A stretch of DNA of 64,000 nt from Kiritimatiellia bacterium (GCA_017652705.1 JAGCAM010000079.1:11475-75474); one strand, 5' to 3'. Counted from the first letter of the stretch, positions 55,741-63,853 are shown. A program made the numbers and translations. Notes: generated by a model from the sequence alone, not told the origin.

Positions 55741-57267
55741 TCACTTGCGGGGGACGGACTGCCCGCCGGCGCAGCTGCACGGCAGAAACCGCACGCGTAC
55801 CATCTCCGCGTCCGAAAGCCGGACGTCGTCAGGCAGCGGACCGGGCTTCTCCGCCGAAACGAAAGCGTTCGGCCGCGGCTCCTGGACGGGCACGACGATC
55901 CATTCCGACCCGTCGGCCTTCCGCTCGACGCGCCCGCCTTCCGCCGCAACGACCTGGCGGACGAGTTTTTCGCTGACGGCCTTGAGTTTGTCCCAGTCGT
56001 AGTCGGTGAATTCCCACTTTCTGCCGCGGTCGAGCTTTTCCAGAAACCCGCCCCGGATGCGGCTCGCGCCGAGCGAGGCTCCGAGCACTCCGCAGGCGGA
56101 GGCCGGGTTGCAGTCCGAATCGCATCCGCACCCGGTGGCGATCCTCGCGGTTTTCTCCATGTCGCCATCGCCCCACAGGTATCCGATCAGCACGTAAGCG
56201 CCGTTCAGCCTGACGTCGATGCCGGCAAAGGAGACGAATCTGCAGTTCTGGGGCGTGAAGTATTTGCGCGTAAGCGCCTCCCACGCAGTCCGCCAGTTCG
56301 ACGGGTCGCGCCCGTACGCCGCGAGCGTGTCGCGCACCATCTCCGCGTAGCGCGACTCCGCCGGAATGTGCCTGAGCGCCGAGCGCACGACCGAGGGGCG
56401 GTCCTGCGTGAAATACGCCTCGGCGTACATCGCCCCTACGAACTGCCCCGCGTAGAGCCCGTCGCCGTAGTTCATCACCGCGCCGAACCGGTTGCCCAGC
56501 CTGACCGCGCGGTTGGGCAGCCCCGGCGATATTATGCCGCTGAAGTCGGCCTCGATCTGATAGTCTATGTCGTACGGGGTCGGATGAAAGTTCGGGTGCC
56601 CGCAGCTGGGCGCCGCAATCCCGCGGCGCAGATTGTTCCGGGCGTTGTGGTTCGCGCACCACAGCCGGTACTTAGAATTGGCGAAGGCGATGCCGGCCTC
56701 GCGCGCGTCAACGTCGACTCCGCACCTGTCGAGCACGTCGAGAAACGTCATCTCCACGTAGAGATCGTCCTGGCAGAAGGTGCCGTTGATGATCTCGGCC
56801 TTGTATTCAGGCATGAGGTCGTCAGGCACGGGCTTGCCTACGCATTTGAATTCCGTCGGCGCGCCGTAGGCGACGCCGATGGACTGCCCGAGCCACGCGC
56901 CGGACATCCTGTCGCGGAATTGATCCATGGCGAGACTTCTCTCCGGCGCAGCCCTCTTCGCCCCTGTCTTCGGAACGGCTTTCTCTTTCGGCGCGGCGCC
57001 GACCCCTTCAATCGAATTCTTCTCCGCAACTTCGCCCTTTTCCGCACTTTTGACGGCGGCCCTCTCTTCGGGCAGATCGACTATCGTGCCGGGAAGCAGT
57101 TTCCTGCCCCCTATTACATTGCCGCCTTCTATAACCTCGACCGGCACGTCGCGCTTAAGCCGGTAGCTTCTGATCTTTCGGACGTCGTTTTGCTTCTCCT
57201 GCCCGAATGCCGCAAAAATCGCCAGCGCCATCGCGCAGACGGCCGTCATCGCTACGTGTTTCTTCAT
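55741..57267 (-). CDS. secreted ADP-ribosylglycohydrolase-family protein with N- and C-terminal extensions
   Basis: 508 aa with a signal peptide MKKHVAMTAVCAMALAIFAA. The core MSGAWLGQSIGVAYGAPTEF...QDDLYVEMTFL...YGDGLYAGQFVGAMYAEAYF...TGCGCDSDCNPA is typical of the ARH/DraG fold. Confidence 0.8.
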   Translation of the reverse strand: MKKHVAMTAVCAMALAIFAAFGQEKQNDVRKIRSYRLKRDVPVEVIEGGNVIGGRKLLPGTIVDLPEERAAVKSAEKGEVAEKNSIEGVGAAPKEKAVPKTGAKRAAPERSLAMDQFRDRMSGAWLGQSIGVAYGAPTEFKCVGKPVPDDLMPEYKAEIINGTFCQDDLYVEMTFLDVLDRCGVDVDAREAGIAFANSKYRLWCANHNARNNLRRGIAAPSCGHPNFHPTPYDIDYQIEADFSGIISPGLPNRAVRLGNRFGAVMNYGDGLYAGQFVGAMYAEAYFTQDRPSVVRSALRHIPAESRYAEMVRDTLAAYGRDPSNWRTAWEALTRKYFTPQNCRFVSFAGIDVRLNGAYVLIGYLWGDGDMEKTARIATGCGCDSDCNPASACGVLGASLGASRIRGGFLEKLDRGRKWEFTDYDWDKLKAVSEKLVRQVVAAEGGRVERKADGSEWIVVPVQEPRPNAFVSAEKPGPLPDDVRLSDAEMVRVRFLPCSCAGGQSVPRK

Positions 57268-57361
57268 GCGTTCCCTTTCATTTTCGTTTTACATCTTTCT
57301 TGCTTGCGGTCGAATCCCTTTCACTGAGGCAATCGGTGCAAAGGCCATCTCGCAAATATCA

Positions 57362-57814
57362 TCACCCCCAGGCCAACCTGACATTCTCGACACCCCATGT
57401 CCACGCGCTTCCGGAAAAGCCGTGGATCCCCGTCAATGTCCCGACCGGCACACTCCTCCCGAGATTGACCCCTGCGTCAACGCATGGCGTTCCCTGCGCT
57501 AAAAAGCAATCCTGCATGAAAAGCGGATCGGAATAGATAAGAATTCCGTTTTTGTAGTATCGCTGGGCGGTCGGCGTTATTACCGCGGTGATGACATTCG
57601 TAACGCCGGGCGATACCGCAATGGCGGTGTCACAGTCAGGGTTGCCGTTGCCGGATATATCTTTCCATGTGGTTGCGGCAGAATCATGCACGCCTGCACC
57701 GGCGTCGTCGATGCCGTCGAAATGTACAACGAGACCTCCTTGTATGTAGGCGCTCGCGGGCATGCCGTCTGCCGTCATCAACATAATCGCAAGTACAACC
57801 GGAAAATATTTCAT
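57362..57814 (-). CDS. small secreted protein, possibly a truncated LamG/concanavalin-like domain
   Basis: 150 aa with a signal peptide. LVVHFDGIDDAG...WKDISGNGN resembles LamG_3 N-termini. An SD AAGGAG lies upstream. The local sequence looks less GC-rich than its flanks (by eye). Confidence 0.5.
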   Translation of the reverse strand: MKYFPVVLAIMLMTADGMPASAYIQGGLVVHFDGIDDAGAGVHDSAATTWKDISGNGNPDCDTAIAVSPGVTNVITAVITPTAQRYYKNGILIYSDPLFMQDCFLAQGTPCVDAGVNLGRSVPVGTLTGIHGFSGSAWTWGVENVRLAWG

Positions 57815-57882
57815 CCCGACAACTCCTTATTTTGCGCGCGCCGCTCAACTCCGCAAGCGACGCACCGATTGATTGTGCAACA

Positions 57883-57911
57883 ATACTACCAAATTCAACG
57901 TTTCCGCGCAA
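57883..57911 (-). promoter_or_regulatory. promoter TTGCGC-N17-TAGTAT with TG for the LamG-like gene
   Basis: The extended -10 is atactacca at 57883-57891 (RC TGGTAGTAT). The -35 is gcgcaa at 57906-57911. It is divergent from the tRNA-Tyr promoter. Confidence 0.4.
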
Positions 57912-57944
57912 GGGCGTTGAACAGCCTTGGGGCGCGCGGCGGGG

Positions 57945-57974
57945 TTGACGGGAAACGGCTGAATTTGATATACT
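57945..57974 (+). promoter_or_regulatory. promoter of tRNA-Tyr: TTGACG-N18-TATACT with TG
   Basis: TTGACG lies at 57945-57950 and TGATATACT at 57966-57974. The tRNA starts at 57995. Confidence 0.55.
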
Positions 57975-57994
57975 ACGCGCTGTTTACGACACAT

Positions 57995-58080
57995 GGTGGG
58001 ATACTCAAGTGGTCAACGAGGGCAGACTGTAAATCTGCTGGCTTGCGCCTTCCAAGGTTCGAATCCTTGCCCCACCACCA
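57995..58080 (+). tRNA. tRNA-Tyr (anticodon GTA), long variable arm, CCA encoded
   Basis: 86 nt. Acceptor GGTGGG(A)/CCCCACC, anticodon stem GCAGA/TCTGC with loop CTGTAAA, T arm CAAGG-TTCGAAT-CCTTG. It is collinear with my recollection of E. coli tRNA-Tyr. Confidence 0.9.
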
Positions 58081-58115
58081 TCCATGAAAAGACAATTCCC
58101 CGCAAGGAACCGGTC

Positions 58116-58553
58116 ATGGACATGCTCCCAGTCGGGGCGCATCCCGGCGACATGGAATATTCGCTGGGCGGCACCCTTTTAAATACAAAAACTTGAGCAC
58201 AAGATATTCATCGCCCTGACCACGAGCGGCAACACCGGCTCGAACGTGCTGACCGACGTCAAGTTGATCGGCGAAACCCGAGAAAGGGAAATGCTGGAAG
58301 CGGCGAAGACCTACGACGCCGAAGTGCGCTTTCTGCGGAACGACGACGAGCGCCTGCTCGACACCAACGAAACCCGCACTCAGGTTCTATACGGCATGCG
58401 CCGGGCGAACACCGACGTGACTTTCACCCACGCGCCGAACGACGAAAGCCCCGACCACTGGATGACCTCCCGCAGTACGGCTGCATGTACGCGGAATGTT
58501 TCACCGCGTACAGAATGGCCGGCTACATGCCGGATTTCAGACTGCTGCCCTGA
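58116..58553 (+). pseudogene. decayed PIG-L/LmbE-family deacetylase gene (frameshifts and internal deletion)
   Basis: Frame 0 reads MDMLPVGAHPGDMEYSLGGTLL then a stop. The +1 frame reads KIFIALTTSG...REREMLEAAKTYDAEVRFLRNDDERL...THAPNDESPDHW. Frame 0 resumes with YGCMYAECF...LLP then a stop. The total is only about 146 codons. Confidence 0.6.
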
Positions 58554-58557
58554 GCCT

Positions 58558-59799
58558 TCAGCCGAGCCTGTCCACCGTCATAACGGGCAGATTCTTTCCG
58601 GAAGGCTCTTTCATCGGCTTCATGCCGGAGGGGTCGAATGCGTAGCCGTTCGAGCCGAGCGGCCAGACGGCCGGGGCGGTGTTGAGCACGGTTGCGCGAA
58701 AGCCCTGCATCGTCGCGCCGAGATTGCCGGTGTGGGAGCTGTTACAACCCTCGTTCTCGATCACGAACGGATTGCTGTATCCTTTCACCATGAGCGTCTC
58801 GAGGAACTTCGTCCAGTCGCAGGAATCGCTGCCGCCGAAACCGGGCAGGCGCGGCTCGTAATTGAGACGGTCCCACTCGTTGGCGGGCAGCGGCACACCG
58901 GCCTTCTTCGCGAGGACGGGGTCGACGCTCTGCATGGGGAACAGGCGTCCCCAGTGTACGGCTTCGGTTTCTCCGGGGAAGTTCCTCGTGCCCTTGATGT
59001 GGACGCGGCGCAGCTTTTTGAAATCCATCGCCTCGATAACCGCCGAAGGGTCGATGTGCTGCCAGATGTCGTGCGACGGATCGTACGTCTCTTGCAGCGC
59101 TGAGTCGTCGTCAAGCACGGCGTACATCAGTTTGCGCGCAGCGAGACACCCCGGCAGGTTGCAGTAGCAGTCGGTCGAAGACAGCGGCCGCCACCCCTCC
59201 ATCGGGCAGTTTTCGACGCAGAGCGTGACTCCGAGGTCCTTGGCGTATTTGAGAATCGGGGTGAAGACCTTTTTGAACTTCATGAGGTTCTTCTCGAAGC
59301 CGTTCTCCTCGTTGGAGAGGGCGACGTCGTACCCGACGAACGTTCCGCAGACGACGTCGTTCGCGTCGCCGCCGAGCAGCGCGGCGATGCGGACGAGTTT
59401 GAGGATGTGGTTCTGGTTGACGATCTGGAGTTCGGGTTTGCCGCCGATAAGGTTGTCGTAGGCGCCGACCGACATGCGCACGCCTTCGCGGTTGCAGATG
59501 TCGATCACCCGTCTGGCGTCGTCGATCGAGAAATTCTCGTAGTCGAGATGCGTGGCGACGTGATCCTGGCGGTCGGTGTCGCGGCGGAACACGCAGAGCT
59601 CGAGGCCCTGGGCTCCGACGCTTTTGGCGCGGGCGACGACGGTTTCGAAATTGCGGTCGGCGGCGAGCGCGCTCGACATCAGCCAGATCTGGTTGTTGCG
59701 CGGTTTCGGCTTCGCCTGCCGGGCTAACGCCGAACCGGGGGTGAACGCACCCGCCGCGGCTAGCGCGGCGGCGCTTTTGAAGAAGTCCCTCCTGTTCAT
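58558..59799 (-). CDS. TAT-exported xylose-isomerase-like TIM-barrel protein
   Basis: The start is reset to MNRRDFFKSAAALAAAGAFTPGSALA (twin-arginine). The track start at 59847 would overlap the upstream gene. Confidence 0.8.
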   Translation of the reverse strand: MNRRDFFKSAAALAAAGAFTPGSALARQAKPKPRNNQIWLMSSALAADRNFETVVARAKSVGAQGLELCVFRRDTDRQDHVATHLDYENFSIDDARRVIDICNREGVRMSVGAYDNLIGGKPELQIVNQNHILKLVRIAALLGGDANDVVCGTFVGYDVALSNEENGFEKNLMKFKKVFTPILKYAKDLGVTLCVENCPMEGWRPLSSTDCYCNLPGCLAARKLMYAVLDDDSALQETYDPSHDIWQHIDPSAVIEAMDFKKLRRVHIKGTRNFPGETEAVHWGRLFPMQSVDPVLAKKAGVPLPANEWDRLNYEPRLPGFGGSDSCDWTKFLETLMVKGYSNPFVIENEGCNSSHTGNLGATMQGFRATVLNTAPAVWPLGSNGYAFDPSGMKPMKEPSGKNLPVMTVDRLG

Positions 59800-59813
59800 G
59801 ACCGGCCCTTCCG

Positions 59814-61373
59814 TCAGACCACGATCTTCCAGTTGTCGCGGTAGCACGGGCGCTTCAGCCAGTCCGGATCGCCGGTGCCGTTGGCGAAGGTCATGTTCGG
59901 CCCGTCCCAGTCGAAACCGGTGTCGTAGATGTAGCTCAAGTTGCAGAGCTGGCAGAGAATCGCGCCGCGGGCGCCTATTTCAGCTGTGGAGACGGTGGGC
60001 TTGCGCGTTTCGATGCACTCGCAGAAATTGGCCACCTGGTTGGTACTCTTGTAGAGCTGCACCGGGGCGCCGGCGAGATTGAACTTCTCGATCAGGGTCT
60101 GCACCGCTCTGCCGAGGCGGTCGTCTTTCTTGACCATCGAATCGGTGCCGTAATCTTTGCCGACGGATGCGGCGACGATCTTGTCCTTCATGAACTCGCA
60201 CGTCTCGATCTGCTTGCGGATCTCGAGGTCGGGCTTGACGAGGCCGGTGCCCTTCCAGACGGCGACCTTGCCGCGGTTGACGGCGACGATGCCGTCGGTT
60301 CCGTAGAAGACCGTTCCCCACACGCCGAAAGGCCCGTGGTAGAGCTCGATGTCGCCGCTCTTGCCCTTGAAAAGCATCTTCATGCCGTACTGGCGGCGGC
60401 CGCCGTGGTAGAGGTCGGTCGAGTAGGGCTCGTCGGAGCGGATGATCTTGTATGGGCCGGACTTGTCCATGTCCATGCCCCACTGGGCGATGTCGAGGTG
60501 GTGAGCGCCCCAGTCGCCGCAGTAGCCTGTGCCGATGTCGTCGTCGAAGCGCCAGAACATCGGGTAGAACTTGTTCACGCCCTTCGGCGCGAGAAGGTTG
60601 GAGTAGGGACGCCATTTGGCGGGGCCGAGCCAGCGGTTCCAGCCCCATTCGCCGAGTTCGGCGTAGCCATCGCTCTCGGCCGCGGCGTTCCGGGGGTCGT
60701 CGAAGAACCTGAGGGGATGCGACGGGCCGCCGAGTTTCTTGCCGCCGATGCCGTAGTTGGCGTCGACGTACTTAAGCTCGCCGATGCCGCCGTTGCGGAC
60801 GATCATGCACGCGGCGCGGAATTCGCTGACCTTGGCCCAGCTGCGCTGCATCGAGCCGGTCTGGAACACCCGGCCGTACTTCTTCTGGGCCGCGATCACC
60901 TGTTTCGCCTCCTCGGGCGAGAAGGTGAGGGGCTTTTCGCAGTACACGTCTTTGCCGTGCTTCATCGCCTCGACGCACATGTAGGCGTGCCAGTGGTCGG
61001 GGGTGGCGATGCACACCGCGTCGATCGACGGGTCTTTGATGATTTCGAGGAAGTCCAGCACGACGCGGCAGCCTGAGTCGCCGTAGAGCCGGTTGACTAT
61101 TTCAGCCGCCGCCTTGGCGCGGGTCCCGTCGCAGTCGCAGACGGCTGCGATTTTCACCGTGTCGCGCAGGTGTTTGGTGAGTTCCGAATCGCCGGCGAAC
61201 TGCGGGATGAGCGCACTGCGCATCTGGATGCCGCAGCCGATCATGCCGATCTGGCGTTTTTCGCCGGGCTTGAGCGGATGCAGGCCGATTTTGCCGTCCG
61301 CGCGGCCGGCGAGGGCCGCCGCCGCGGCGGATCCGAAGATGAAGTTTCTGCGGTCGAGTTTCATGTTGTGCAT
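59814..61373 (-). CDS. TAT-exported Gfo/Idh/MocA oxidoreductase
   Basis: 519 aa with MKLDRRNFIFGSAAAAALAG, a Rossmann IGMIGCGIQ, TPDHWH and CEKPL. Confidence 0.85.
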   Translation of the reverse strand: MHNMKLDRRNFIFGSAAAAALAGRADGKIGLHPLKPGEKRQIGMIGCGIQMRSALIPQFAGDSELTKHLRDTVKIAAVCDCDGTRAKAAAEIVNRLYGDSGCRVVLDFLEIIKDPSIDAVCIATPDHWHAYMCVEAMKHGKDVYCEKPLTFSPEEAKQVIAAQKKYGRVFQTGSMQRSWAKVSEFRAACMIVRNGGIGELKYVDANYGIGGKKLGGPSHPLRFFDDPRNAAAESDGYAELGEWGWNRWLGPAKWRPYSNLLAPKGVNKFYPMFWRFDDDIGTGYCGDWGAHHLDIAQWGMDMDKSGPYKIIRSDEPYSTDLYHGGRRQYGMKMLFKGKSGDIELYHGPFGVWGTVFYGTDGIVAVNRGKVAVWKGTGLVKPDLEIRKQIETCEFMKDKIVAASVGKDYGTDSMVKKDDRLGRAVQTLIEKFNLAGAPVQLYKSTNQVANFCECIETRKPTVSTAEIGARGAILCQLCNLSYIYDTGFDWDGPNMTFANGTGDPDWLKRPCYRDNWKIVV

Positions 61374-61432
61374 TTCCTTTTCAGTGTTTTCAATCGTGTT
61401 GTTTCATCCGTTGACGGTTGAGCCGCCGGCGG

Positions 61433-62482
61433 TCAGATCGCCGGACGGAGAATCATGTTTTTGAAGTCGGCGTCGGAGTGGTCGCCCTGCAGGTAGATGG
61501 GGCCTTTCGCGTCGACATCGGCGTCGATGGCGCCGCCGGTCACGCCGGTGACCTCGGCGTTTTCGATGATGGTGACGCCGTTGAGGACGACGGTCAGACG
61601 GCGCTTGTAGATCGTGACGCTCACGTGCTGCCATTCGCCGGGCGCCTTTTCGGCGGCGGTGATCGGCGTGACGCGGCCGTAGTAGGCGGCCATGTTGTGG
61701 CGGTTGACCGGCTTCTTGTAGCTGTCGATCACCTGGCACTCGAAACGCCCGCGCAGATAAACGCCGGAGTTCGACCCCTCTGGCACGCGCACGTCGTATT
61801 CAAGGTTGAAGTCGCCGAAGTCGTCGCGCCTGGTGACGAGATTCACCCCGCCGCCCTTCCACTTGCCGTCGGGCTTGCGGCCGAGCGCGTTGGAGAGGAC
61901 GCCGTCCTTGAACTTCCAGCCGAAGACGCCGCCCTTGCTCATCGCCTTCCAGCCGTCGAGACCGTCCTTGAGCAGATCGACGGGTTCTCCGAACTTCGCG
62001 TTCTTCACGTTGGCGAGCTGGCAGACCGGTGCGATGCGCCAGCCGGAGAACGGCTTGTAATCGCCGTTCGCCTTGCCGTCCTTGTCGCAGGGGGCGATCT
62101 CGCCCTCGAGTTTGCAGCCTTTGACCTTGCCGCGCATCAACACGCCGTACGGGTGGCGGAACGAGAAGGAGTCCCCCTCGACCTTCACGTCAAGGCACCA
62201 CTCCGGAGAGCCCCAGCGGTAGAGGACGAAAGCTTTCGGCTCGCCTTCTTCGGTACGGGAGAAAATGAGGCTCGAAGCGTACATCGAATCGTACGGCAGC
62301 TTCGCGCCCCAGTTGCCTATCACGGGGTCGATCGACGTCTGGTCGCAGATTTTCGGCGCGCACGGCGTGCAGGGCCGGCCGGGCCGGCAGCAGGTCTCTC
62401 CGGCGGTCTGGCATTCGGCGAAGGCCGCCGCGGCGGACACAGCCGCGACTGATGCGAGGATGGCGGATTTTTTCATTTTCAT
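61433..62482 (-). CDS. secreted DUF1080 (3-keto-disaccharide hydrolase-like) protein with a Cys-rich N-terminal segment
   Basis: 349 aa with a signal peptide, then ECQTAGETCCRPGRPCTPCAPKIC. The C-terminal domain has LLKDGLDGWK...NSGVYLRG...IYLQGDH. It has an ATGA overlap with the upstream stop. Confidence 0.8.
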   Translation of the reverse strand: MKMKKSAILASVAAVSAAAAFAECQTAGETCCRPGRPCTPCAPKICDQTSIDPVIGNWGAKLPYDSMYASSLIFSRTEEGEPKAFVLYRWGSPEWCLDVKVEGDSFSFRHPYGVLMRGKVKGCKLEGEIAPCDKDGKANGDYKPFSGWRIAPVCQLANVKNAKFGEPVDLLKDGLDGWKAMSKGGVFGWKFKDGVLSNALGRKPDGKWKGGGVNLVTRRDDFGDFNLEYDVRVPEGSNSGVYLRGRFECQVIDSYKKPVNRHNMAAYYGRVTPITAAEKAPGEWQHVSVTIYKRRLTVVLNGVTIIENAEVTGVTGGAIDADVDAKGPIYLQGDHSDADFKNMILRPAI

Positions 62483-63837
62483 TTGCTCCTTAGATATGCG
62501 CTGTATGCGCGGTAGGTTTCATAACAGTCGTTTTTGGAAACGATTTCCCACGGGGCGTGCATGTTCCACATGGGCGTGCCCATGTCGAGAACCTTCATGC
62601 CGAATCTAGCCATGTACTGCGAGATGGTTCCGCCGCCGCCCTTCTCCATCTTGCCGAGTTCGGCCATCTGCCACGCGACGCCTTCTTCGGCCATGATGCG
62701 CCTGATTTCGGCGATGAATTCGGGCGAGCAGTCGCTGGCACCGCCCTTGGTGGCGCCGCCGGTGTACTTCGAAGCCGCCACCCCCTTGTGGAGACGCGCC
62801 TCGTTGCCGGTCGAATCGACGTCTGGAAAGTGCGGATCGGCCGCAGCCGTGACGTCTGCCGAAAGCATCGTCGATTTTTCGAGCGCGCGGCGCACCGCGA
62901 TGTCTTTCGCGCCGCGCTCCTGAAGCTCGATCATCTCGGCGACGGTGTTCTCGAAGAATGAACTCTGCATCCCGGTCGACCCCATCGACCCGATCTCCTC
63001 CTTGTCGCACATCAGAATCGAGGCGGTGACGGACGGCGTTTCGCCGGCGGCGTCGAGAAGCGCCCGGAGCCCGGCGAAGGAGCATACCCGGTCGTCGTGG
63101 CCGTAACCGGTTATGAGCGCACGGTCGAGGCCGACGTATCGCGGCATTCCGGCCGGCACCATTTCGAGCTCGGCGCTTAGCAGGTCTTCATCGTCGATCT
63201 TGTAAGTCTTCTTCAGGTACGCGACGAGCTTCGAGCGCGGCGATCCGCGGTCGTCCGGTTTCGCGTCGGCGTCGCCGGTCGTCCAGCAGACGGGGTCGAG
63301 ATCCTCCGCCGGGAAAAACTCGTCGCGCTTTTTCGCGGCCTGGTCTTTGCCGAGATGGGGCAGAATGTCGGATATGACGAAAACCGGATCGTCAGCCCCG
63401 TCGCCGACCGCCACCTGCACTTTGGAACCGTCTTTGCGCACGACCGTGCCGTAGAGGGCGAGCGGCAGCGTGAGCCACTGGTATTTCTTGATGCCGCCGT
63501 AGACGTGGCAGTCGAAGTAGACGCAACCGCCCTTCTGATAGAGCGGTTTGGGCTTAAGGTCGAGCCGGGGGGCGTCGGTGTGGCCGCCGACGACTTTGAG
63601 GCCGGCTTCGGAGATGCGACGGCGGCCGATGACGGCAGCCATGACCGTGCGGTCTTCGCAGCCGCGGAACACTTTATCCCCCGCTTTGAGGGATCTGAAG
63701 GAGGAAATCTCCCTGAAACCCTTCGCCTTCAACTGGCGCACGCTTTCGGCGTAACTTCTGCGCTCGGTCTTGGCGATGCCGAGATAGCGAATATATTCGT
63801 CGCAGTATTTGTCTGGCGACATGTACTTCTTTTTCAT
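62479..63837 (-). CDS. M18-family aminopeptidase
   Basis: 452 aa with VVGGHTDAPRLDLKP, GYGHDDRVC and MLSADVTAA blocks typical of the aspartyl aminopeptidase/aminopeptidase 1 family. Confidence 0.85.
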   Translation of the reverse strand: MKKKYMSPDKYCDEYIRYLGIAKTERRSYAESVRQLKAKGFREISSFRSLKAGDKVFRGCEDRTVMAAVIGRRRISEAGLKVVGGHTDAPRLDLKPKPLYQKGGCVYFDCHVYGGIKKYQWLTLPLALYGTVVRKDGSKVQVAVGDGADDPVFVISDILPHLGKDQAAKKRDEFFPAEDLDPVCWTTGDADAKPDDRGSPRSKLVAYLKKTYKIDDEDLLSAELEMVPAGMPRYVGLDRALITGYGHDDRVCSFAGLRALLDAAGETPSVTASILMCDKEEIGSMGSTGMQSSFFENTVAEMIELQERGAKDIAVRRALEKSTMLSADVTAAADPHFPDVDSTGNEARLHKGVAASKYTGGATKGGASDCSPEFIAEIRRIMAEEGVAWQMAELGKMEKGGGGTISQYMARFGMKVLDMGTPMWNMHAPWEIVSKNDCYETYRAYSAYLRSK

Positions 63838-63844
63838 GAGGTAA

Positions 63845-63853
63845 AGTATATCA
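63845..63853 (-). promoter_or_regulatory. extended -10 box TGATATACT, 7 nt from the ATG at 63837 (leaderless candidate)
   Basis: The reverse complement of agtatatca is TGATATACT. Confidence 0.5.

Noticed and set aside
57286-57314. A possible promoter for the ADP-ribosylglycohydrolase gene: TTCGAC-N17-TAAAAC on the minus strand.
   Set aside because: It lacks the TG extension seen at every other promoter here, and both hexamers are weak. The evidence is not enough for a feature call.
57268-58560. The tRNA-Tyr neighbourhood as an integrated mobile element or genomic island.
   Set aside because: There is no integrase, recombinase or transposase ORF. I could find no direct repeat of the tRNA 3' end; only an 8-mer tcgaatcc recurs at 57310-57317. 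I kept it only as a decayed islet.
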